A stretch of DNA of 64,000 bases from Hypanus sabinus (Eukaryota). The notes below the pieces were generated by a model. It was not told the DNA's origin. It did no database searches and saw only the letters and a list, made by a program, of their open reading frames with translations. The translations under genes and the position numbers were made by a program. Shown piece by piece: positions 37,641 through 50,300 of this stretch; position 1 is the stretch's first letter, and every line of letters begins with the position of its first letter. Location: the NCBI RefSeq assembly GCF_030144855.1, contig NC_082715.1, positions 31,620,001 through 31,684,000 on the forward strand, read 5' to 3'.

Positions 37641-38021
37641 AATGCAGGAACTCTCTTGGCTCATTGCAGAATAGATGCAAACGAAATTGCCTAACATTTG
37701 CAAAGAACTGGCTATACAATTGAGTTGAACTACTAAAACCAAAATCACAGCTATTAAATTTAAGAACTACAGGTACCATGAATGCACAGGATTTGTAAAT
37801 GAAGACAAATTAAAAATATATGTTTATTTAATTTGCAAGAGTTGGCTAGATATGGGAAATGAGATTTAAATGCTTGACAAATTTTATCAAGAAATACCTT
37901 ACTTGCTGAATATAAATGCATCTTTTAGCTTTGTGGATACAAAGTGATTCACAATACTGAAGGAAAGTCTTCTGAAAAGGCTCATGTATAACATGGAAAA
38001 GCATTTAGTCAAAGACAACCA

Positions 38022-38925
38022 CAACCAGAATCAGGTTTAGTATCACTACATAGATTGTGAACTTTGGTTTCCAGAAGCAGTATAGTGAAAGACATAAGCT
38101 TACAACAAGTTAAAATAAGTGTGAAAGAGGAATAACGAGGCAGTGTACACAGGTTCATGGACTGTTCAGAAATTTGATGGCAGAGGGGAAGAATCTGTTC
38201 CTAAGTTGTTTGGTGTGGGCCTTCAAGCTACTGTACCTTTATTGACGGTAGTAATGAGAGGAAAGCATGTCCTGGATGCTGAGTGACTTTGTTAACAACA
38301 CCATATTCTCGAGGCACTGACCTTTGAAGATGTCTTCGACGGTGGATTGGATTGCACCCATGATGGAGATGGCAGAGTCTACAATCCTCTGCAGCCTCTT
38401 GCGATCCTGCACATTGGAGGCACCATACTGGACAGTGATGCCACAAGTCAGAATGCTCTCTACTGCACATCTGCAGAAAGTGGGAAGCGACTTTGGTGAT
38501 GTTCCAAACCTCCTCAAACTCCAAATCAAGTGGAACTACTGGGATGCCTTTTTTTATGATTGCATCAGTAGGCTGGGCTCAAGACACATTCTACGAAATG
38601 CTGATACCCAGGAAGTTGAAGCTGCTCATCCTTCCCAATGGTGTCTGCTCGATGAGGGCTGATTCTCCTAACTTGCCTCTCCTAATGTCCCCAATCAATT
38701 CCTTGATCTTGCTGACATTGAGTGGGACACTACTCAAGCAGCCATCTATTTCACTTCTGTATGTTCTTCATCACTATCTGAGATCCTGCCAACAACAGTG
38801 GTGTCACTGGTGAATTTATATATCCTATCTGAGCTGCAGCTAGTCACACAGTCTTGAGTGTAAACAGAGTAGAGCAGTGGGCTAAGTACACATCCTTGAG
38901 GTGCATCTGCATTGATTGTTAGCAA
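38022..38925 (-). mobile_element. Rex1/Babar-type LINE 3' fragment
   Basis: APQGCVLSPLLYS and ESILTCGIT; agaatcaggttt tail. Confidence 0.8.
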
Positions 38926-39825
38926 GGATAAATACAAATCAATACTACCACAGATCAACAAGCAATTGAACAAGGCAGCTGTCCACTGTCATTGCTGGTT
39001 AATAAAATAACCCTCATGTTCAATAAAATAACAAAAGCAAAACTGGAAGACTTGCTCGGCAGAATAAAACACAACAGTCAGTCCATTAAATCATACCTGT
39101 TCTAGTCTTTGCATTTGATATTGCTGAGTGAATCTCATCCCAAAACATTACATTTACTTTAGAATTCACATCCTTGTTTTCATACTTCTAATGGTCTATT
39201 TTCTCCCTATATTCATAATCCAGCCTATCAACCACTCAGATTACCTGTGTTCCTTAAATTCTCATCCTTATCTCTGAATTTAGTCACTTCACCTCTGGTG
39301 CCAATTTGATTATCAAAATCATTTCCCTTGAAAATACTTTCCTCCTTTAAAATGCTCCCTAAGATAATTCTCTTCGACTTAGATCAACCTGGTTATGGTC
39401 TGCATTTATATCTTTAAATTGTAATTTTTTGGATAGTGTTGTGATGAAGCACGTAGGAATGTTACAGGTGCCTTAAAATACAAGTCCTTATTATTGTTAC
39501 AATGGTATTAAATACCACTGCAGAACACCAAGGACTATAGCAATTGATTTGAAGAAAAGACCATCAGGTGGATACCATCTAACAATGTAGCTATTAACTA
39601 GGAAAAAAATAGTACTCACGAGAAAGAGAAGAATGATTGAAAGTGGAAGACTACAGAATGCCATATGATAAGATTATCCTATTAAAATAGTACATATTTG
39701 GATTAAACTAAATAGTGACATGAGGGTGCAATACTGATAAAATATAAAAAAACCAACCAACCAAATGAAAATGAAAGGTTGCCTCAAGGAAAGGTTGCCT
39801 TAAAAAAATTAACATCCATCTATAA

Positions 39826-40231
39826 TACTGTGCACATAAATATAGCTAGGAAGCCTAAGACTTTTGCACAGTACTGTACTGTACTGCTGCCACACAAAAA
39901 AAAAACAAATATGACATACGTGAGTGATGATAAACCTGATTCTGATATGGGTCTCTTTTGTGGACTGAGAGTGGGAAGGGGACAAGGAGTCATATTTGGT
40001 AAAAAGGGAAGGAGCAGGAAGCACCAAAAGACATTCTGTAATGATCCATCAATTCTGTATGCACTCACACCATTCCCGCCCTGGTGCTCCACCCTCACCA
40101 TTCCCAACATACTTTGCTCCCGCCAGATTTACAAACTCGCTCTCCTCTTCAAGTTAACAACAAATACAGTACTGTGCAAAGGTCTTAGGCACCCTAGCTA
40201 TGTCCCTGCGCCTAGAATTTTGCACTCTGTA
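39826..40231. mobile_element. Pair of tiny Tc1/mariner-like MITE ends flanking about 290 bp
   Basis: 39853-39878 and 40165-40190 are 25/26 reverse complements with TA-flanked CAGT termini. Confidence 0.6.
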
Positions 40232-41303
40232 TAACTGGAATTGTAAACATCAAAATTAATAGCATGACACAAACCTAAAAACAATGAAGGAAAATATCAG
40301 CAAATCTTAAAGAACATGACATTAGACCTCACAAAGAACCACCAGTTAGTGTTCTTTGAAAATCTAGCAGAATATTCATTATTAAAAGGAGAAGCACTGA
40401 CAATTGTTAGGACAATATGGAGGTTACAGCCAAACTATAGATACACCTGGCTAAGAAACAGGGTAAATACAAGAATCTTAAATCAAAGGTCAGACTGAAG
40501 ATAAAATTATTTTTCTTTAATTTTCTAACCACTACAAGGAGTAAATGGTCAGAAATCAACAACCAATTGTAATCCTTCTTAAAGACTAACACCAGCTAAA
40601 TTACCAATTCTTTTGATTTGAAAGTATGTGCTGTACAATTTAACTTGCTTTGGAATATAGATAAATTTGTTTTACTGTACTGTACTAATAAATTGGACAG
40701 TAAGGCAAACAAATGTACATGATGATAGTGTTGTCTTTTGATGATCTCCCAACACTTCACTCACCCTCCCTCTAGATTGTGACAATTGCATTCTGATCCA
40801 CCAACAAGGTCTTGTCTGTAGACTCAAACAATTTCATTTAATAGAAAATATTAGAAATATTCAGCAGGTGAAACAGTGTCTGTGAAGATGCAGATCAGGT
40901 ATCATATTTGTAAACTTCTGTCCAAACCTCTGAATATTTCCACCTCTTTTAAAAAAAAAGTTCAGGAATCCATCATCTGTAATACTTAATGGAAATGCAG
41001 TATCTGGGAACACAAAACAATATTAATATAAGCTGAAGCCAGATTATTTTTTTAAAAAAGTGATCTTTACTTTTCACTTTCTAAAGCTGTACTATATTGA
41101 ATTCGAGTAGATAAAATTTACACACCAAAGTATCTCCAGAATTTTCTGTTTTATGGGGGGCAGAGTTAGTACTAACCATAACATTTTGATACCCACAATG
41201 AGCAAGTGAAAGAGTCAATTTTATTTCCATTTTTCTCCCTACACTCCAGCATCACAGTTGTCAAAGCGGAACTTCACAGAAGTTATATTAGATCTAGTAG
41301 ACG

Positions 41304-41375
41304 TCAAAATGAACTGAGGCCTGTTAATTTTCTGATCTGTTCAAATGTGAGCCAAAATGTCAATGACCAAGGTGC
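41304..41375 (-). CDS. SLC25A27: SLC25A27 exon 9
   Basis: [23 protein letters not shown]; minus-strand AATAAA at 41220-41225. Confidence 0.95.
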   Translation of the reverse strand, partial: APWSLTFWLTFEQIRKLTGLSSF

Positions 41376-44300
41376 CTGAAATAGAAATTAAAATCAAATC
41401 AACTAAATAAAATCCTTTCCATGCAAACGTGTTTTAAAGTCAGAAATTTTAGGCATTACATAAAATTTTCAATATTTACCATTCTTGCCCAAGTTGGCAG
41501 AAACCCTTTATATAATGACAATAATCCTTCTCTCTTTATTGTCTGCTTCAGACAATCATACGTGGACGTATATAGTAAGCCCCTAGTAACAAAAACAAAA
41601 GGCAAATAAATAAGTACAACAAAATTCTCAGAGTTAATTAATACAATAAAATCACTTTTAAAACAAATGTGTGTACAAAGCCCATTAGGTAAATAAAGTA
41701 TAGATGAATTTAGAAAGAATGTAAACATTTTGTATTTCAGCTTAACGATTTTATTTGGCCACACAAAGCAATGGATAATTTGCCAAGCATCAAATGCACT
41801 TCTGTACCAAGATATACGATTGATAATTTTTCCAGCTTTGTGATGACAAAAATATGTAATTGAGTTATCTTTTTATTGCAAGGTATTTTCAAAGTATGTA
41901 CAGTGGATTACAGTTACTTGGGGAATTGGTTAATCAGAGCAGCCACATACCTGGGAAAACTCTCAGAGAACAAAAACAAATCAAAAACATTGCTGGGACA
42001 CCTTTCATTTATTTGGGACACCACAACACTTAATTTGGACAGGAGGCTGTTGCCGAACAGTTTCTAAATAGTCTTAGTCACATGCATTTGTGTCGCCATT
42101 AGACGCTACACCCTACTTGGAGTGAACAGATTTTAAACAGCATCAGTTGTATGTGTTTGTGTTCAACAAGCTGTGATCTTTGTCACTGATTGTTAGTAAG
42201 AAATAAGCAGAATGGCAATCCAGAACTATTTTGCTCACTGCGGTTTCAAACATTGAGGCCTGGAAATGTCAGAAAAGCCCGAGGTGAAAAAGAAACAATT
42301 TCACTATTTCAACAAGTTAGGAACTACAAAGAACTTGAAGGTACCAACAATAATCTTGAATGTTACCTTTGGTCCCCCCAAACATTTGTCTCTCCGCTGT
42401 GGCCCCCAGTATATTTGATAAGTATACATTTGAATATGACAACAGCCACACCACCCGGTACACTGCTTTGACTGGCAGACTAAACCAGGAGAGGGTAGTT
42501 GGCAGGCCTCATACCCCAGTGAGATTGGGACATGCCTGTCCTAGCATGTGAAGTCAGCTCTAGCGGATTGGGCAAATGAGATCTACAGTGTGGTCAAGAA
42601 GGTGATTCTGCAGCTCTGTGGAGAGCAAGGGGCATGACGAGGCACAGTCGTGGTCATCTACCACTATCAGGGAACAACCCAATTGTGAAATCTACTTGTA
42701 CCACTGGACATGAACTTCCGAAGTTGAGAGAGCTTAACTGCTCCAGTGCAACAACTTTGCCACTTTAAAAACTCTCCCGCACAGGTCTCCTGCCTTCATT
42801 GGATACAACGGATAATCCATCAGTAGTACTGGGAGTGTTCCGATTTGTCCTGTATTCAAATGTATAATGTGTTAATCAGTTAAATGGAACCAGATGGGGG
42901 AGGAGATACAAAGAAGAAACTCAGGTGGGATAGGTGTGTGGGTAATGGGTAGATGAACCAGGTTGGGAGTATGATGAATCTGGGAGAAGGAAGGAGACAA
43001 CTGGAAAATGAAAGGAGAATTTAAGATGGGCCACTAGGAGTGGGAAAGGAACACTGTGGGTTACATGAATTTGGAAAATTCACTGTTGATATCATTGGGC
43101 TACAGGCTTCCTAAGTGTTTGAGGTTGACCGCAACAAGGCAGTAGAGAAGTACAAGGACAAGCAGGTTGATGTGAGAATATCAAGACGTACAAACAAGCT
43201 GGATGAACTCAGCAGGCCGGGCAGCATCTGTTGAAAGAAGCAGTCAACATTTTGGGTTGAGACCCTTCGTCAGGACTAAAGAAGGAGGGGGCAGGGGCCC
43301 TATAAAGAAGGTGGGGGGAGGGTGGAAGGTGCCAGGTGGAAAACCAATCAGAGGAAAGATCAAGGGGTGGGGGAGGGGAAGCAGGGAGGGGATAGGCAAG
43401 AGAGGTGAAGAAGGAATCTGAGGGGAAAGCACTATGGGTAGTAGAAGAAAGCAGATTTGTGAGAGGTTATAGGCAGCTAGAAGAGGAGGCAGAGTGAAGG
43501 TGTGATGGGGGAAGGGAGAGGGAGGGAATTACCGGAAGTTGGAGAATTCGATGCTCATACCAAGGGGGTGGAGACTACCCAGACGGTACATGAGATGTTG
43601 TTCCTCCAACCGAAGTTTGGCCTCATCATGGCAGTAGAGGAGGCCATGTATGGACATATCCAAATGGGAATGTGAAGGAGAGTTGAAGTGAGTGGCAACC
43701 GGGAGATCCTGTCTGTTGTGGCGGACAGAGTGTAGGTGCTCGACGAAGTGGTCTCCCAATCTGCATCGGGTCTCGCCGATGAAGAGGAGGCCGCACCGGG
43801 AGTACGGGTTGCAATAGATTACCCCAACAGACTCACAAGTAAAGTGTTGCCTCACCTAGAAGGACTGTTTGGGGCCCTAAATGGTGGTAAGAGAGGAGGT
43901 GTAGGGACAAGTGTAGCACTTACACTTGCAGGGATAAGTGCCGGGTGGGAGATCTGTGGGGAGGGACGTGTGGACCAGGCAGTCGCGGAGGGAACGATCC
44001 TTGCAAAATGCAGAAAGGGGTAGAGAGGGAAAGATGTCCTTAGTGGTGGGGTCTTGTTGAAGGTGGTGGAAGTTGCAGAGGATAATATGCTGGATCCGGA
44101 GGCTGGTGGGGTGATAGGTGAGGACAAGGGGAACACAGTCCCTCTTGTGGTGACGGGAGGATGAGGTGAGGGCTGAAGTGTGGGAAATGGAGGAGATGTG
44201 AGTGAGGGCATCATTGATGACGGCAGAAGGGAAACCGTGATTCTTAAAGAAAGAGGACATTTGGGATGTCCTGGAACGGAAAGCCTCATCCTTGGAGCAG

Positions 44301-47300
44301 ATGCGGCGGAGACGGAGGAAGTGGGAATAGGGAATAGAATTTTTGCATTTGGCAGGGTGGGAAGAGGTATAATCAAGCTAGTTATGGGAGTCAGTGGGTA
44401 TGTGAGAATAGGAAGGTGAAAAGAAATGGCATGTAACTGGAAGCTCTGAATGCAGCAGACAAAGTTGGAGGAAGGGCACATAAACCTCCTGAGGTTTCCT
44501 AGAAGAGGGCTTTCTACAATTCTCTACATAATGGACTACAGACTATCAGACTTTATTTAATAATGGTACACAGGATAGTGCCTTTACTTAAGAAGGGCAG
44601 TAAAGAAAAACTTGGCAATTATGGACTAGAAAGCCTAACATATGTGCTAAGTAAATTACTGAAGGATAGGATAGACACACTTTTGAAAAGAAAGGCAATG
44701 ATTAGGGATAGTCAGCATTGCTTTGTGCATGGGAGATCTTGTCTCCTATATATTGATAACTAAGAAGGTCAATAAAGGTAGGGTGGCCGGCGTAGTCTGT
44801 ATGGACTTCAGCAAGGCCTTTGATACAGCTGCTCTGGTACATTAGGTTGAGATCCAGAGAGTGCTGGCTAACTAGATATAGAATTGGCTTGAGAGTAAGC
44901 AAAGGGTGATATTAGAAGGTTGTTTTTTGACTAGAGGCCCATTTCTAGTGGTGTGCCTTGGTTGAGAATGAACAAGGCATGGTTAGTTTGACACTGACAG
45001 TAAAATAAGTGATAATATAGACAGTGAAGGGTAATAGTAGAATTACAGTGGGATCTTGATCAGCTAGGTAAGTGGGTCGAGGAATGGTGAATGTAATTTA
45101 ATTCAGATATGTGCAAAGTGTTGCATTTAGAGAAGTCAAACAAGAGTAGGACTTACACGGTAAATCATAGGTCCCTGGGGAGAGTTGTACAACAAAGGGA
45201 TCTAGGAGTACAAGTACATAGATCCCTGAAAGTGGCATCAGAGCCATAAAGGGCTGCTTTTGGCACATTGATCTTCATCAGGCAAGGTACTGAGTATAGG
45301 AGTTGGGATATTATTACCACAAGATGTTGGTGAGGCTGCACTTGGAGTACTATGTCCCATTTAGGTCACCTGCTATAAGACGCCATTATGCTGGAAAGAA
45401 TGGAGATAGGATTCACAATTATGATACTGGCACTAGATTTTAGGGTTAAAAACACAGGCTAGGACTTTATTCCTTGAAGTAGTGGAGACTGGAGTACAGT
45501 GGTACTTGAAGTTATGAGGGGCGTAGACAGGATGAAAGCACAAAGTCTTTTCCCCAGGGTTGAAGGAATCAAGAACTAGAGTGATAGGTTTATGTGAGAA
45601 GGGACAGACTTAAAAGGGACCCAAGGAGTACTTTTTCATGCAGAGGGTGGTAAATATACAGAATGAGTTGCTGGAGGAAACAGTAGAAGTGGATGCAAAA
45701 ACAACATTTAAAAGACTTTAAGACATGGCTAGGATATGTTTAAAAATATGAGAAAATTCAATTAGTTTGGAAGGACATCTTGGTAGACATAGATGAGCTG
45801 GGCCAAAGGGTCTGTTTCCATGCTGTACGACTCTATATAGTCAAGCATGGCATATATATTGTAATTTCCTATATCACCTGATTCCACTTGCTTCAAAAAG
45901 GCAACAAATATACCAGTGCCTAAGAAGAATAATGTGAGCTGCCTTAATGACAATCACCCAGTAGCACTCACATCGACAGTGATGAAATGCTTTGAGAGGC
46001 TAGTCATGACTAGACTGAACTCCTGCCTCAGCAAGGACCTGGATCCATTGCAATTTGCCTATCGCCGCAAAAGTCAACCGCAGATGCAATCTCTGTGGCT
46101 CTTCATATGGCTTTAGACCACCTGCACAACACAAATACCTATGACAGGATGCTGTTCACTGACTATAGCTCAGCATTTGATACCATCATTCCTGATTGAG
46201 AACTTACAGAACCTGGGCCTCTGTACCTCCCTCTGTAATTGGATCCTTCATTTCCTAACAGGAATACCACAATCTGTTCAGATTGGTGATAACACATCCT
46301 CCTCGGTGACAATTCACACTGGTGCACTTCAGGGGTGTGTAATTATCCCACTGCTCTCTCTATATACCCATGACTGTGTGGCTAGGCAGAGCTCAAATAC
46401 CATCTATAAATTTGCTGATGATACAACCATTGTTGGTAGAATCTCAGATAGTGACAAGAGGGCATACAGGAGTGAGATATGCCAAATAGTGGAGTGATGT
46501 CACAGCAACAACCTTGTACTTATTGTCAGTAAGACGAAAGAGCTGATTGTGAACGAAGGGTAAGATAAAAGAACACATACCAGTCCTCAGAGGGATCAGA
46601 AGTGGAGAGAGTGAGCAGTTTCAAGTTCCTGGGTGTCAAGATCTCTGAGGATCTAACCTGGTCCCAATGTATCAATGCAGTTATGAAGAAGGCAAGGCAG
46701 CAACTATACTTCATTAGGAGTTTGAAGAGATTTGGTATGTCAACAAATACACTCAAAAACTTCTATAGATGTACATTGGAGAGCATTCTGAAAGGCTGCA
46801 TCACTGGCTGGTATGGGGGAGCTACGGCACAGGACCAAAACAAGCTGCAGAGGGTTGAAAAATTTAGTCGACTCCATCTTGGGTACTGGCCTACAAAGCA
46901 CCCAGGACATCTTCAACAAGCAGTGTCTCAGAAAGGCAGCATCTATTATTAAGGACCTCCAGCACCCGGGGCATGCCCTTTTCTCACTGTTACCATCAGG
47001 TAGAGTACAGAAGCCTGACGGCACACACTCAGCGATTCAGGAACAGCTTCTTCCCCTCTGCTCGCTGATCCCTAAATGGGCATTGAATCCTTTAACACTA
47101 CCTCACTTTCTAAATATTTATCATTTCTGTTTTTTTGCATTAAACAAATAGAAATTTTAATCTATTCAATAATGTATACAATAATTAATTTACTTATTTA
47201 TTCTTATTATTTTATTTTTTCTTCTCTATTATGTATTGCATTGAACTGCCGCTGCTAAGTTTACAAATTTCACGACACATGGCAGTGATAATAAACCTGA

Positions 47301-50300
47301 TTCTGATTCCTTAAAGATTATTTCCCACAAGCAAGCATTTTACACACTCCAAATATGATTGCTTTCTACCTATAGTAGAAATATGTTTGCATCTGAACAG
47401 AAATTAAATTTACCACACTAACCTTCCTTGTTTGTCTCTTGTCTGATTCATTATTCTGGTTTTAATGACATCTGCAGGTGTTCCCATGGTAGCAGCAACT
47501 AGTCCTGCACAAATGCTGAATAGAAGAATTCTGTAATATATTTGCTACAAATTTTAATTTAGAAGGACTTTAACACAGTGCCATTTTCCATTTGTCTTAT
47601 ATTACTTTGAAATTACCTGTTAATGTATAGTGCAGGAAGGGAAATGGCACTGAATGATTTAATACTACTGAAAAAGAAATATATATGTACTGAAAAATAC
47701 AATCTTTGTGACAAAAACTGACAGAAGAATCAAGACTGAATCAAATGTGCAAGACCTGTGATTATCAGTTAAGATTAAATGATCTATTATTTTAAAAGTG
47801 CCCATTTTAGATAACTTTTTAGATAATTAACACCCAGCTTGAATGATGAGCAACCCAGATTGCTAGCTGAACATGACATAAAGGTGAATAAAAGTATCAA
47901 CATACAAATGAACTAGGAGCAGCAGTGGGCCACTATGACCTGGGCCTGCTCAGCTACTTAAAAAATACATAGCTGATTTGAATGCAATGTCAACTCAGCA
48001 TTTCCATATATCTGTGGTAACCTTTCCAGATGTGGTTTCAGTACTCTATGCAAATTATGCCCAGTTCCCACTACATCTCAAAGCTCTACAATATATTATT
48101 TACAAAAAAAATTCCTACCAAAACAAACAATTTCACATTACACTCCATTTGCCGGCTTGTTGCCTACCCTCATCTATTCTCTTTATGATCTCAAGGCCTC
48201 TTCATAACTTACTTTTTTTAACCTATCAGCAAATTTAACAACAATACTTTGGTACCTTCGTTCAAGGCATTTATATAAATTGTAGGAAGTTAAAACTCCA
48301 CGGAAGCTAAATAGGCAATCTGATGAGAGCATCAAAAGAAACTGCTCAAACATCAGGGTTTCCATAACATACAACTTTTCCCCTTAGTTTTCAACTATAA
48401 ATGACTGCCAGCCATAAATAAGGAAATATCTACTTATAAAGAAGATACACAGTACAAAAGATCTTAATTCATAATGTCAGAAGAAAACTTATACAGTTAA
48501 ACTATAAATTTGGCACATGAAAATGTGGAATGGTGAAGGAGAGGAGGGGAAGTAATTACTGGAAGTTGGAGAAATCAGTGTTCATGCCATTAGGTTAGAG
48601 GCTATCCACATGGAATATAAAGAGTTTCCCTCCCTCCAACCTGAGTGTGGCCTCATTGTGGCAATAGAGGAAAATATGAAGGTGCTGTTTCAGCATAGTT
48701 TCTAAACTATTGGATATTATTCAATTATTAACACAACACACTGTTGCTTTATATTTTTCAAAAAGACATTCGAGTAGCACAATGAATTTTCCAGTGAACC
48801 CCAGTAAACTTAAGGTGAGCAAAGGAAAAGGGTACTGGTGAGTCAAAAAGAGTGGAGGAATCAGCACTGAGTTAGATGCTGAACCATCAGTATTTCTGAT
48901 GAATGGGATGGTGGTGGATTATTGGAGTTTTATTGGTTAGTATAACAGTTTGGAAGTGGTTATTTAGGATAGTCAGTACCTTGATAAAGCGTGGCACAAG
49001 CTACCATCCTTCAGAGCTGTGTTTCGTAATAAGAAGTGTTTCACTGTGTCATAGGTAGTTAGATCTGAAAATAAAGTCACAGAAAAAAATCAAATGAAAA
49101 TGAATTTATATCGTGACGACTTATCTAAAATAATGAAGATGCTTCACTTTTTAAAGGCACTAGACATCCATTAATTAATCAATGACACCAATTTGATGAA
49201 AATAAAACTATGAAATCATGGCATCAAGGGTTACAGGGAACAGGCTGGGAACTGCGGAGGCTGGGAGGGGATAGAAAAAAAGGATCAGCCATGACTGAAT
49301 GTTGGAGCAGACTCGATGAGCCAGATGGCCTAATTCTGCTCCTACGTCTTATGGTCTAATCAAATTGCTTGGCATCTAAATACTGGCAGCAACTTAAGAA
49401 ACAGTATAATTAAAACTTTACTTATGCTAAATACATTTTAAGGTTTTAACCTACAAGCTGGTACTTCTTTGGACTGTGGGAGGAAACTAGAGCACACAGA
49501 GAAAACCCCTGTGCTCACAGGGAGAACATACAATCTCCGTACAGGCAGAGCGAGAACTGAAATTGGGTCAGCTATACTGTAAAGCATTGTGCTAACCACT
49601 ATGCTACTGTGCTGCCTTACATTCACAGTAGAACACAGTAGAATCAATGAAAAACTACACACAAAGACTTGTTTACCTCGCATTTTAATTAAAACTCAGT
49701 AGAGTTCTGGGTTAACCTCAGCACATTCCACCTGTACTACTTCTAACTATCAATGTCATGTTTGAATAAAGTCTTTTGGCATTATGGCAATTATTTTGTT
49801 AACATATTTTGGCAAACATGGATTTTTCAGATTACCTCCCAGGCTGACTAAGGCGGCTCTCTGCACATTTGGTATCCAACCTGCCCACAATCCTCGAATT
49901 CCACCTTCGGACAAAATTTTGACAAAAGCGTGGTAGACTCCATGGATCCTAGAAACAAAATTATACATTACAAAGGTCTTCAAAGTGAAACCGCAAGAAA
50001 GAAATCAAATCTATGACAAGTACATCAAATGTAATTTCCTTGGTGCCTCACCATTTTTCGCTGCACATTTATTCAAATACTCATTCTAGTGCCCATCCCT
50101 CACTGTATCGTTGTGATTCTTGTGGTGAAGGTTATTGGTAGGGTTCAGGAATTTATATCAGCAACAATGAAGGAATCCTTAATTATTTCCCAATGATGCT
50201 GGTGTGCGACTTGTAGGAAACCCGCCACTGCCCGTAAGGAGTCTGTACATTCTCCCCATGGTGGCATGGGTTCCCTCCGAGTTCTCTGGTTCCCTCCCGC

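Noticed and set aside
39779-40234. 151-aa ORF
   Set aside because: Lies entirely over MITE and LINE-tail repeat sequence; non-ATG start.
43852-44481. 209-aa Pro/Ser-rich ORF
   Set aside because: Alternative frame of the Penelope element.
47423-47455. UCP4 NQTRD instead of the recalled NQPRD as a loss-of-function sign
   Set aside because: Single loop substitution; the ORF and all three carrier signatures are intact.
49560-49616. tRNA gene
   Set aside because: A-box head of a SINE; no cloverleaf, and it continues into SINE body.
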